A stretch of 64,000 nt of DNA from Candidatus Omnitrophota bacterium (GTDB lineage Bacteria > Omnitrophota > Gorgyraeia > B26-G9), in the NCBI GenBank assembly GCA_043814605.1, contig JBDRJV010000002.1:26374-90373 (forward strand). Direction: 5' to 3'. The position numbers were made by a program, and so were the translations under genes. Below are positions 30,644-38,656 of the stretch, in pieces. The notes beneath the pieces were generated by a model, which was not told the DNA's origin, ran no database searches, and saw only the letters and a program-made list of their open reading frames with translations. How positions within the stretch are numbered: the stretch's first letter is position 1; the number at the start of each line of letters is the position of its first letter.

Positions 30644-32074
30644 TTAATTCTTTGTTAATATAAAAAAGTAAGTAACCCCAAAATCGTCTGATTCAACAGA
30701 AAGAGCCGCAGGGCTAAACCCGCTATCATAAAACAACTTTACCACTTCATCCTTATTGCGGGGAATAAAAGACCAATTACAAAACCAGTCCGGCGCAATA
30801 GGCGCAAAAGTCTTTTCTTTATTCCTGTGAGTTACCAGCAATTTTCCCCCAGGAGCTAAAAGTTCATATAATTCTTTAAGTAAATCTGCCAGAATATCAT
30901 TTTTTAAATAATCCATTAAATTTATACTATAAATTAAATCTTTTTTTCCGTAACAGTGGGCCGATGCTTTATCATTAATTAAATCCAAAACATCTTTTTT
31001 CACTAATTTAAATTCAATATTTTCCGGTAGCTCTTTTAAAGTTGAGTCCCGCAAAAATTTTAAAGCTTCGAGGTTAGAATCAAAACAAGTAAAAATAATG
31101 TGTTTTTTTGTTTTAATTTCAAACAGTAACTCTCTAATTTCCCGGCACGAACCACAATTGAGATTTAAAATATTAATCTGAGCCAGCGGGCTCACTTGGA
31201 TAAAACTTTTAATTTTTTCCTTTAAATTATCCTTCCTCTGCCGTATGGCTACAGCATAAGGACTCTTTAAAAATACTTTATCAAAACAAAAACCAATATT
31301 ACTAGATATCGGCTTATTCTCATAAATCATTTCATTAATTTCAAAATCCCTTTTGTATCCCGGTTCGCTTTCTAACGCTTTTTTCACAATTATGCTTTTA
31401 TAAATCCAGGTTCCGGCTAGTGTTCTAAAGTTATCCTTAACTTTTTGTATCATTGTTTTATCCGAAATCAATTCTTCCAAACAATACCCTTTTAATAAAA
31501 TTTTATCATTAATATGCTCTAATTCTTTTTCTTGGCCGGGAATATATTCTTGTTTTTTTAAAGTGGAACAAAAATCCGAGACTTCATTTATATAATCTAA
31601 AACATCTTGAGAAAAGAAATGAGATATTTCTTTTTTTTCTGATAAATTTATATCTTCATTTAAAAATTTGTCGATTTGAATTTTAATTAACTCTTTTCTT
31701 AAAAAATCTCTTTTTTCATTGCCGATATTTAAAAATTCTGCCCCGTATAAAGATGTATTTTTTGATTCATTTTTATTCCAAATAATCCGGGCTTTGGCTT
31801 TAAAAGTCCGGCGATTATTCGGCAAATGTATTTTTAAGGAAATATGGGAAAGAGGAATTTTTTCTGATTGCTTGCTTTTTGGGAATTGTTTAGCGTCTTT
31901 GAATTCTTCCGGTTTTTTAGATTTCTTCGATTTTTTAGATTTTTTAGATAGGCTAAAGCTTAATCCTGTTTCACTAAAATCAATTACACTCGCACTTATC
32001 TTATCGGAAAGATCAACTTTAAGACGAGTTTTTATCCGAGGGCACAATCTTTTTTCTTCACTGCTTAAAACCAC
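30644..32074 (-). CDS. PilZ-domain / class-I SAM-dependent methyltransferase fusion protein.
   Basis: N-terminal RxxxR (RLCPRIKTR) and D-x-S-x-x-G (DFSETGLSF) PilZ motifs. A KKSKKSKKSKK low-complexity linker follows. The C-terminal Rossmann methyltransferase motifs are ILNLNCGSC, DLIYSINLMDYL and LAPGGKLLV. Confidence 0.6.
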   Translation of the reverse strand: MVLSSEEKRLCPRIKTRLKVDLSDKISASVIDFSETGLSFSLSKKSKKSKKSKKPEEFKDAKQFPKSKQSEKIPLSHISLKIHLPNNRRTFKAKARIIWNKNESKNTSLYGAEFLNIGNEKRDFLRKELIKIQIDKFLNEDINLSEKKEISHFFSQDVLDYINEVSDFCSTLKKQEYIPGQEKELEHINDKILLKGYCLEELISDKTMIQKVKDNFRTLAGTWIYKSIIVKKALESEPGYKRDFEINEMIYENKPISSNIGFCFDKVFLKSPYAVAIRQRKDNLKEKIKSFIQVSPLAQINILNLNCGSCREIRELLFEIKTKKHIIFTCFDSNLEALKFLRDSTLKELPENIEFKLVKKDVLDLINDKASAHCYGKKDLIYSINLMDYLKNDILADLLKELYELLAPGGKLLVTHRNKEKTFAPIAPDWFCNWSFIPRNKDEVVKLFYDSGFSPAALSVESDDFGVTYFFILTKN

Positions 32075-32272
32075 CAGAAACCACCTTCTTTCATAAGTGG
32101 ATAGCTTTTTATTTTTACAAGAAGATCTTATCTGCCCCCTTTCCTTTAGTTAATTATATCTGAATATGACGATAAACTCAAGGTCAAAACAAAATATTAA
32201 TTTTATTTTAATAGCACAACGGCTTAAAGATTTTACCCTTAAGCCGTTGAAATTATTAATAGTTAACTTAAT

Positions 32273-33229
32273 TTATTTTTTGCGGCCTGAGCCTCCCATT
32301 CCACCGCGGCTGCCACCTCTTTGCTGCTGTAATTGGCCTTGACCTTGGCCCGGACCTTTATCACGATTATAACCAGGTCCTCCAGGGCCTCTGCCTTGGC
32401 CTGGGCCTTGCCCTAGACCTCCTTGGCCATCACGTTTATCTTTAATATCCTCTCTGCGATCTCTGATATCTTCCCGTCTATCTTGACGGTCTTCACGCCG
32501 ATCCATAACATCTTCTCTGCGATCGCGACGATCTTCACGACGGTCAAGGACATCTTCACGTCTATCCATTACATCTTCTGCTTTATCTTTGCGAATATTT
32601 TCACCTAATTTATTTATTTGTCTTTCTAGCCTGGCTTTCTCTGCTGGATCAGTTGTATTAGTCAGCTGCTCTTGAAGATTACTCATTTTATCCGCTTTAA
32701 TTTTATCATCCCGGCGATCACGAATATCTTCTTGCCTATCTCTGATATCCTCCTGCTTATCCCAATAATCTTCTTTCCGGTCACGTATATCTTCTCTGTG
32801 ATCCATTACGTCTTCACGGCGGTCACGGACATCTTCACGCTGATCGCGATAATCTTCACGCCGGTCTCTAAATTGTTCACGATGTTCTTGCCCGGCCTGT
32901 TTCTCTGTATCATCAACTTGACCGTCATTATTGCGGTCTAAACGGTTCTGAAATCTTTCTCTAACTCTTTCTCTTTCTTGTTCATCTATTTTTCCATTAT
33001 TATTAGCATCTATTTTCTGCTTACGTTCTTGCCAGCGGTGCCTTTCTTTTGCATCTATTGCTCCGTCATCATTGCGGTCAATACGATCCTGCTTTGAACC
33101 CGGGCGAAAACTTCCAACACCTGTTCCAGCCTCACCTGTAGACTCTTGCGCAAAATTCAAACCGCAAAAAACAAAAATAAATGCTACCAAAAATACTCCT
33201 GCCCATAAAAATTTACTGCTTTTAAACAT
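32273..33229 (-). CDS. Secreted repeat protein with EF-hand-like loops, RED/heptad repeats and a Gly/Gln-rich tail.
   Basis: Signal peptide. Three DxNxDGxID..E loops (DRNDDGAIDAKE, DANNNGKIDEQE, DRNNDGQVDDTE). More than 15 tandem DRREDxx 7-aa repeats, encoded by a 21-nt periodicity. The C-terminus reads GQGGLGQGPGQGRGPGGPG…GGSRGGMGGSGRKK. Confidence 0.5.
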   Translation of the reverse strand: MFKSSKFLWAGVFLVAFIFVFCGLNFAQESTGEAGTGVGSFRPGSKQDRIDRNDDGAIDAKERHRWQERKQKIDANNNGKIDEQERERVRERFQNRLDRNNDGQVDDTEKQAGQEHREQFRDRREDYRDQREDVRDRREDVMDHREDIRDRKEDYWDKQEDIRDRQEDIRDRRDDKIKADKMSNLQEQLTNTTDPAEKARLERQINKLGENIRKDKAEDVMDRREDVLDRREDRRDRREDVMDRREDRQDRREDIRDRREDIKDKRDGQGGLGQGPGQGRGPGGPGYNRDKGPGQGQGQLQQQRGGSRGGMGGSGRKK

Positions 33230-33322
33230 TTCGCCACCTCCTTAATTTATCCTTTTCCTGAACTTTGAACCCTTAAAAATTAAATATTAAATATTCAAAT
33301 AATATATAATATTTTATATGTT

Positions 33323-33739
33323 TTATTTCACAAAATCAAAGTAAATTGCTAAAATCAAAGCCACAGCCGATAAAACAAAAATAAACAAATAATTAATTTG
33401 CTCCTTTTTAGAGCTCAGACTGCAAAGAATTTCACCTAAGAAATTATAATCGGAATCTTTTAGTTTTTCACGCGCATTAATTCTCTGGAAAATTTGTGTT
33501 TTTTCTATTCTTTTCGACCGGGAAATTATAATTTTAAATTTATAAACAAAAAACACCGTAAATCCAATTATCCCCACATACCAGGAAATTTTAGCATGCA
33601 AAGGATTGACATGAATTAATATTGTAATTAAGCGGATTGCTACAGTAGCAATTATGCCGATTAAGAAAAATATCCAGGAACTAAAAGAATCCTTACAATT
33701 TCTATAACTTGAGCAGGTTTTACATTGTTTTTTGTCCAT
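33323..33739 (-). CDS. Hypothetical Cys-rich membrane protein.
   Basis: CKTCSSYRNC N-terminus followed by about three TM helices. No family was recognised. Confidence 0.4.
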   Translation of the reverse strand: MDKKQCKTCSSYRNCKDSFSSWIFFLIGIIATVAIRLITILIHVNPLHAKISWYVGIIGFTVFFVYKFKIIISRSKRIEKTQIFQRINAREKLKDSDYNFLGEILCSLSSKKEQINYLFIFVLSAVALILAIYFDFVK

Positions 33740-33749
33740 TTAATTATCC

Positions 33750-34988
33750 TTATAATTTACCGTTATGAAATCCCGGGGGAACCTTTTCCCAAGGGTATCC
33801 CTGTGCAGCTTTTTCAACTCCCAAACAAAAAAGTTTTTTCATTCGATCCGGATCAAACATTTCCTTTCGCTCAAACACATAGTCAGAAGGGATATAAGCC
33901 AAATTAAAATCACCTTTTGAGTTTTCGGTAAAAATATAAAGCCGGTACAAATCTCCCAATCCTTGCGCATTGACCATTGTATCTACCGTGCGTTCTGTAA
34001 TTGTACTCAGTTTATCCGGAATTTCTTTCCACACCGGGTTTAAATATCCGTTACGAATAATATATAATTGTAATTTTGTATGATAAATATCTATGCCTCT
34101 TTTATCAAAAGCATCTCTAAATCCTTGCAAAACACAAAAAAGAAAAAACACTTGTTTGGCTGTGCCTCCGTCAACATGCATTTCGTCATAACTTTTTCCC
34201 TCAACCTGAACATCGAAAAATACCGGAGGAAAAGCCACGGGAATAGCTGCCGAGGCTAAAATAACCTTACGAAATAATTTTAACGATTCTTTGTTTCCAA
34301 ACGAGGCAATTCTGCCCATATCCCAAATCACTAGGCTTTGTGCATCTAAATTCGTTGTCCCGACATAAAGACGCCTGCCTTTGGCATGTTCTTTCGCAAT
34401 TTCCGTTAATAACTCCAGATCAATATGTTTATCCAATAATCGCTTAAGCGGCCAGTTACTGGCAAAAGAATTACTGAAAAAAAGCGTGAATAAGCTTCTT
34501 TTCCGCATAATATCCCGGGTGGAAATAGAAGTATAAAGGCATTCAAGTTTTTCATCATATTCACTGCCCAAAAAAGCAAACGGAGCAATAATTGCTCCGG
34601 TACTAATACCGGTAACAACTTTAAAAACAGGCCGGGTTCCGTGTTCGGACCAGCCTTTTAAAACCCCGGCTCCATAAGCTCCGTCTGCAGAACCGCCGGA
34701 AATTGCCAGAACCGGATAAACTTTCACCCCATTTTCATCTTGTAAAAAATATTGGCCGGACTCCTGAACCATAGAAGTAACCATATCTTGATAAATCATT
34801 TCATTAGGGCCATCGGCAAAAATCCGGATATCTTCCATTCCATAAATTTGTGCTTTTTGATACAAATTAACCGGTATTGCGTGACGAAACCTGGCACATC
34901 CGGAGATAATAAAAATTATCACAAAAAAAACTGTTAAATTTTTAAAAAAAAGGCAGTTTCTGGACAATTGAACCTCTTTAATTATCAT
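33750..34988 (-). CDS. Patatin-like phospholipase.
   Basis: Oxyanion GGSADGAYGAG (GGxxxG), nucleophile GISTGAI (GxSxG) and catalytic-Asp DGG (VDGGTA). It has an N-terminal signal/TM segment. Confidence 0.8.
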   Translation of the reverse strand: MIIKEVQLSRNCLFFKNLTVFFVIIFIISGCARFRHAIPVNLYQKAQIYGMEDIRIFADGPNEMIYQDMVTSMVQESGQYFLQDENGVKVYPVLAISGGSADGAYGAGVLKGWSEHGTRPVFKVVTGISTGAIIAPFAFLGSEYDEKLECLYTSISTRDIMRKRSLFTLFFSNSFASNWPLKRLLDKHIDLELLTEIAKEHAKGRRLYVGTTNLDAQSLVIWDMGRIASFGNKESLKLFRKVILASAAIPVAFPPVFFDVQVEGKSYDEMHVDGGTAKQVFFLFCVLQGFRDAFDKRGIDIYHTKLQLYIIRNGYLNPVWKEIPDKLSTITERTVDTMVNAQGLGDLYRLYIFTENSKGDFNLAYIPSDYVFERKEMFDPDRMKKLFCLGVEKAAQGYPWEKVPPGFHNGKL

Positions 34989-35350
34989 AATGTTCTTACC
35001 GACTTAACTTGAAAATACGTTAAAAATTTTTTAGCACGATTTGTTTCTTCTCTTGAATATTTTCTTCTTCTCAGCTTATTAATTAATTCTTTGTCTTCTG
35101 AATCTTTAATCTTTTCTAAATACAACCTCTTTCCTTTATATTCTTTTGTATTTTCTAAAAACAAGTAAACAGCATTCGGATTTTGTGTTAAATTTTTGTG
35201 TGTTAGTTTATTTGACATGATAAATGCACAAATTTTTTCATCAATAAAATGCGGCCGGGCATAAATAGCTGCATCAACTATACCTTTAGCACTAGCTGTA
35301 CTTAAGATTCCGATCCCTTTCGTATTCTCAAAATAATCAAATAAATCCAT
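34985..35350 (-). CDS. PNPOx-like/FMN-binding split-barrel family protein (putative).
   Basis: 121 aa. GILSTASAKGIVDAAIYARPHF resembles the N-terminal strand pattern of the family. It overlaps the patatin start by 4 nt. Confidence 0.4.
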   Translation of the reverse strand: MDLFDYFENTKGIGILSTASAKGIVDAAIYARPHFIDEKICAFIMSNKLTHKNLTQNPNAVYLFLENTKEYKGKRLYLEKIKDSEDKELINKLRRRKYSREETNRAKKFLTYFQVKSVRTL

Positions 35351-35439
35351 AACTATCCCCCCATTATTAAACTCTAAATCCTAAATCTAAATACTAAACT
35401 CTATTTTAAAAAATGTAGTGTCTCAATGTAAAGTTTACA

Positions 35440-35600
35440 AATAACGGCTAAGGTTAAACGGTTACGATGTCCGCCGGAGAAGCAGCGAGACCTCGATATG
35501 CATTGTAGCGGGCCCGTATCGTCAATCGGTTATGGTGACGTATTTTTAATGTTTTGAACACGTTACCGTTGTGCGTTACCGAAACGGGCTTCGTTACCTT
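35440..35600 (-). other. GC-rich, repeat-containing structured element in the 5' leader of the operon (candidate ncRNA or cis-regulator).
   Basis: About 55% GC against a roughly 30% GC background. It has three GGTAACG repeats and several hairpins (CGTCACCATAACCGATTGACG, GGGCCCGC). It sits 90 nt upstream of the PNPOx-like start. Confidence 0.3.
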
Positions 35601-35659
35601 CACCTTTTACCGAATAATATAAATTTGTAAACACATCCTTGAGATTATACATAAAAAAA

Positions 35660-36712
35660 TTAAAAAATATTTTCGTATTCAGCATAACCTTCTTTTACTA
35701 AATCTTCCCGCGGGATAAATCTTAAAGCTGCAGAATTAATGCAAAACCGCTCTCCCGTGGGTGCTGGACCATCATCAAACACATGGCCTAAATGTGAATC
35801 TGCCTTTTTGCTGCGAACTTCGATTCTTTGCATCAACAAACTGTTATCTGCTTTCTCAACTACATTATCCGGATTAAGCGGCCGGGTAAAACTTGGCCAG
35901 CCTGTGCTGGATTTGAATTTATCCTTTGAGCTAAACAATGGTTCTCCGGAAACAATGTCCACATAAATCCCCTCCTTTTCATTATCCCAAAATTCATTGT
36001 CAAAAGGCTTTTCTGTGGCGCACTCTTGGGTTACGGAATATTGCAAAGCAGTAAGCTTGGATTTAAGCTTTCCCTCTTTCGGTTTATTAAAATTTTTCAC
36101 ATTCTCTTGCCCTGCCTTGACTGCTTGATTTTTTTTTATGTAAGCTTCCCGGCCGGAACCTTGTTTATACATTTTATACTGTGCGGGATTTTTCTGGTAA
36201 TAATTTTGATGGTACTCTTCCGCCGGATAAAAAATCATCGCGGGGATAATTTTTGTCGCAATCGGCTTATTGTATTTGCCGGAATTATCCAGTTTAGCTT
36301 TTGAAGCTTGAGCTTTGATTTTTTGCGCTTGATTATGATAGAAAATCGCCGTCTGATATTGAGAACCGCGGTCGCTAAATTGGCCTTGGGCATCCGTGGG
36401 ATCAATTTGCTGCCAATAAATATCCAGCAAATCATGATAATCAACCTTTTGCGGATCATAAGTTATCTGGACTGCTTCCAAATAACCAGTTTGCCCGGTT
36501 GAAACTTTCTCATAAGTTGGGTTTGGCTGCTTGCCTCCGGTATAGCCCGGAACAACTTCCTTAACCCCGTCAATTTTTACATAAGGCGGCTCCATGCACC
36601 AGAAACATCCGCCGGCAAAAGTTGCTTTTTCAATTATTTCCTTAGCCGTTAAATCAGTCTGCATCAGACACACTCCTGTGATTAACAGAAATATAATAGT
36701 TTTTAACTTCAT
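35660..36712 (-). CDS. msrAB: Exported bifunctional peptide-methionine sulfoxide reductase MsrA-MsrB.
   Basis: Signal peptide ([23 protein letters not shown]). The MsrA site is [11 protein letters not shown]. The MsrB motifs are [10 protein letters not shown] and RFCINSAAL. The ORF extends to 36781, but the start at MKLK is preferred. Confidence 0.85.
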   Translation of the reverse strand: MKLKTIIFLLITGVCLMQTDLTAKEIIEKATFAGGCFWCMEPPYVKIDGVKEVVPGYTGGKQPNPTYEKVSTGQTGYLEAVQITYDPQKVDYHDLLDIYWQQIDPTDAQGQFSDRGSQYQTAIFYHNQAQKIKAQASKAKLDNSGKYNKPIATKIIPAMIFYPAEEYHQNYYQKNPAQYKMYKQGSGREAYIKKNQAVKAGQENVKNFNKPKEGKLKSKLTALQYSVTQECATEKPFDNEFWDNEKEGIYVDIVSGEPLFSSKDKFKSSTGWPSFTRPLNPDNVVEKADNSLLMQRIEVRSKKADSHLGHVFDDGPAPTGERFCINSAALRFIPREDLVKEGYAEYENIF

Positions 36713-36767
36713 ATCATTTATTCCAAACCTGCTGTAAATTAATAAACAGTTTTTGCGCAAAAAATAA

Positions 36768-37211
36768 TTATAAATCCACACTCGCTATCCAATTACCGTG
36801 CAGATTACAAAGTTCAATAACCGTAAGCTTACCCGCTTCTGCTTTTAAATGCAACGCTGCAGCAGGATTAAGATTTTTTGGGGTTAAGATTACTCTTGAT
36901 ATGAATTTCTTATCTAAATAAAAATCTATATGCTGGATAGAATGTTCTTGAGTCATGGGATGTTTTATCTGTCCCATTTTAACATGCACATCATTACAGC
37001 CATCCGGAATCAGGCCGCATTTTTTTTCAACCACAATTACGGGAATATGTTTTTTCTCCAGCTCATTGAGGTTATTGCTATCCGCGGGCATTTTTATCAC
37101 GTTTTCTTTTACAATGAATTCTGACTTCGGTGCCCCGCAAACAGGACACTTTTCCGGGGCATTTTCCCCTAATTCAATAAATCCGCAAACCTGACAAACT
37201 ATTCCTTTCAT
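36768..37211 (-). CDS. Superoxide reductase with an N-terminal rubredoxin-like domain of the rubrerythrin C-terminal type.
   Basis: The N-terminus reads [27 protein letters not shown] (CxxCG-x12-CPxCG). The SOR centre II ligands are HIPVI, HPMT, HSIQH and LCNLHGNW. Confidence 0.75.
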   Translation of the reverse strand: MKGIVCQVCGFIELGENAPEKCPVCGAPKSEFIVKENVIKMPADSNNLNELEKKHIPVIVVEKKCGLIPDGCNDVHVKMGQIKHPMTQEHSIQHIDFYLDKKFISRVILTPKNLNPAAALHLKAEAGKLTVIELCNLHGNWIASVDL

Positions 37212-37288
37212 AACTAACCTCCTGGTATAATCCTCACTCCTGGATTGGATTATCCCTGATTACCACGATTAACAATAGATTACGAAGA

Positions 37289-37660
37289 TTAAACCATTAA
37301 TCTTCTAACTTGATAACTCTTATTACCAAAGTTTATTAATAGTCCAACTTTATATCCTGATGCTTTTAGATAAGATAAAACCTGTGATTCAAATACAGCA
37401 GGGATATTACCGCTAAAAGCTTTCAGTTCTGTTACAATCTTGTCGGCGATGACTAAATCGAGCCTACATTTACCAATGTTTTTACCCTGAAAACAAACAT
37501 CAAAACTTTTCTCATTTTGATACTTTAAACCCTGTTCTTTTAAAGTTATTTTTAATGGTTTATGGTATATACTTTCGTTAAATCCAGGACCAAGTTTACT
37601 ATGCACATTATAAGCACAAGCGATTATTTTCTCAGTTGACGGATCCCTCTCTTTAATCAC
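37289..37660 (-). CDS. GxxExxY-family protein (PD-(D/E)XK-like).
   Basis: HSKLGPGFNESIYHKPL…CRLDLVIADKIVTELKA…KVGLLINFG matches the family consensus. Confidence 0.7.
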   Translation of the reverse strand: MIKERDPSTEKIIACAYNVHSKLGPGFNESIYHKPLKITLKEQGLKYQNEKSFDVCFQGKNIGKCRLDLVIADKIVTELKAFSGNIPAVFESQVLSYLKASGYKVGLLINFGNKSYQVRRLMV

Positions 37661-37854
37661 GGTAATCTCCCTATAAAATATTTTTAATCTACATAATCAA
37701 GACATCCTCCTTTTTTTCCATTGTAGGATGTCTTTTTTTTGAGTAATAAGTAGCCCCGCAATAGCGGGATTTCGCAAAAATTATATTAATGTTCCCAAAG
37801 AGTAACGGTCGTCAGTAAAAACTTATCTCAAAACTTTTTTTATGAATAAACAAA

Positions 37855-37890
37855 AATAGAGGTATTTATAATCATACCTCTATCTAATAA
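37855..37890 (-). terminator. Intrinsic terminator downstream of the OMP gene.
   Basis: Stem TAGAGGTAT / ATACCTCTA followed by a T-run on the minus strand. Confidence 0.5.
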
Positions 37891-37917
37891 ATATTGTAAA
37901 GCACTTATTTTTAGTAT

Positions 37918-38583
37918 TTAAAAACTTAATTGCAGCTGAGTTCCTAACACATTGGCATCAATCCACTTATTTGAACTTTTTGTGCTCTCTAAAAGATAAA
38001 ATATTTTAGCCTTTAAATTATCCATAATTTTACTGCTGATTCCGGCATAAATACGGTTGCGATTTAAGGCATGATCATCAAAATCATAAAATATCTCATC
38101 TTCAATATAAGGATTAATTGCAAAGTTTGTCATTTGCCAGGGGGATTTAATTGAAAATTTATTTCTGTAGCGATAGGAATTTGCGCCTCCTACTTTATCC
38201 CTGATTTCTAATCTGGCCCTATTGCTTAAATCAGAATCAAATGCTTTACCTTTAACAGTAGCATTCAAATGCGGCCGGTTTTCCTGTTCCCAAACCCCGT
38301 TTTTTTTCTCCATAACATAGCGGTAATTTATCCCGAAAATAAGCCAGTCATTTAGCCCGGAATAACTGATGCCTAAATCACTGTGGCGGTAATATAAATA
38401 CGCGGCATCATCGCCAAAACGAAATTCTTCTTCAAAACTTATTTTAACATCCTTATTGATTTCCCCGTCAATACTCTCTGTATTCCAATATTGAAAATCT
38501 CTGTTATCAAAAGCAAATCCTGTTTTAACAAATAATCCCAAAGCAACTACGACAATTAAAACAAAAATTAATTTTTTAAACAT
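37918..38583 (-). CDS. Small outer-membrane beta-barrel protein (hypothetical).
   Basis: Signal peptide, alternating aromatic/hydrophilic pattern and a C-terminal LQLSF. Confidence 0.4.
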   Translation of the reverse strand: MFKKLIFVLIVVVALGLFVKTGFAFDNRDFQYWNTESIDGEINKDVKISFEEEFRFGDDAAYLYYRHSDLGISYSGLNDWLIFGINYRYVMEKKNGVWEQENRPHLNATVKGKAFDSDLSNRARLEIRDKVGGANSYRYRNKFSIKSPWQMTNFAINPYIEDEIFYDFDDHALNRNRIYAGISSKIMDNLKAKIFYLLESTKSSNKWIDANVLGTQLQLSF

Positions 38584-38656
38584 TATTTATCTCTCCTTAT
38601 CAAAATCAAAAATTTCCTGATCCAATTTTTATTTTAAACAATATTTTATTATTTAA

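Noticed and set aside
35440-35600. The GC-rich leader as SRP RNA, 5S rRNA, tmRNA or a known riboswitch.
   Set aside because: AGAAGCAGC resembles the SRP domain-IV GGAAGCAGC, but the required GNRA-capped helix and the 5' GGUC…GG partner could not be built. No 5S or tmRNA signature blocks and no riboswitch consensus were found.
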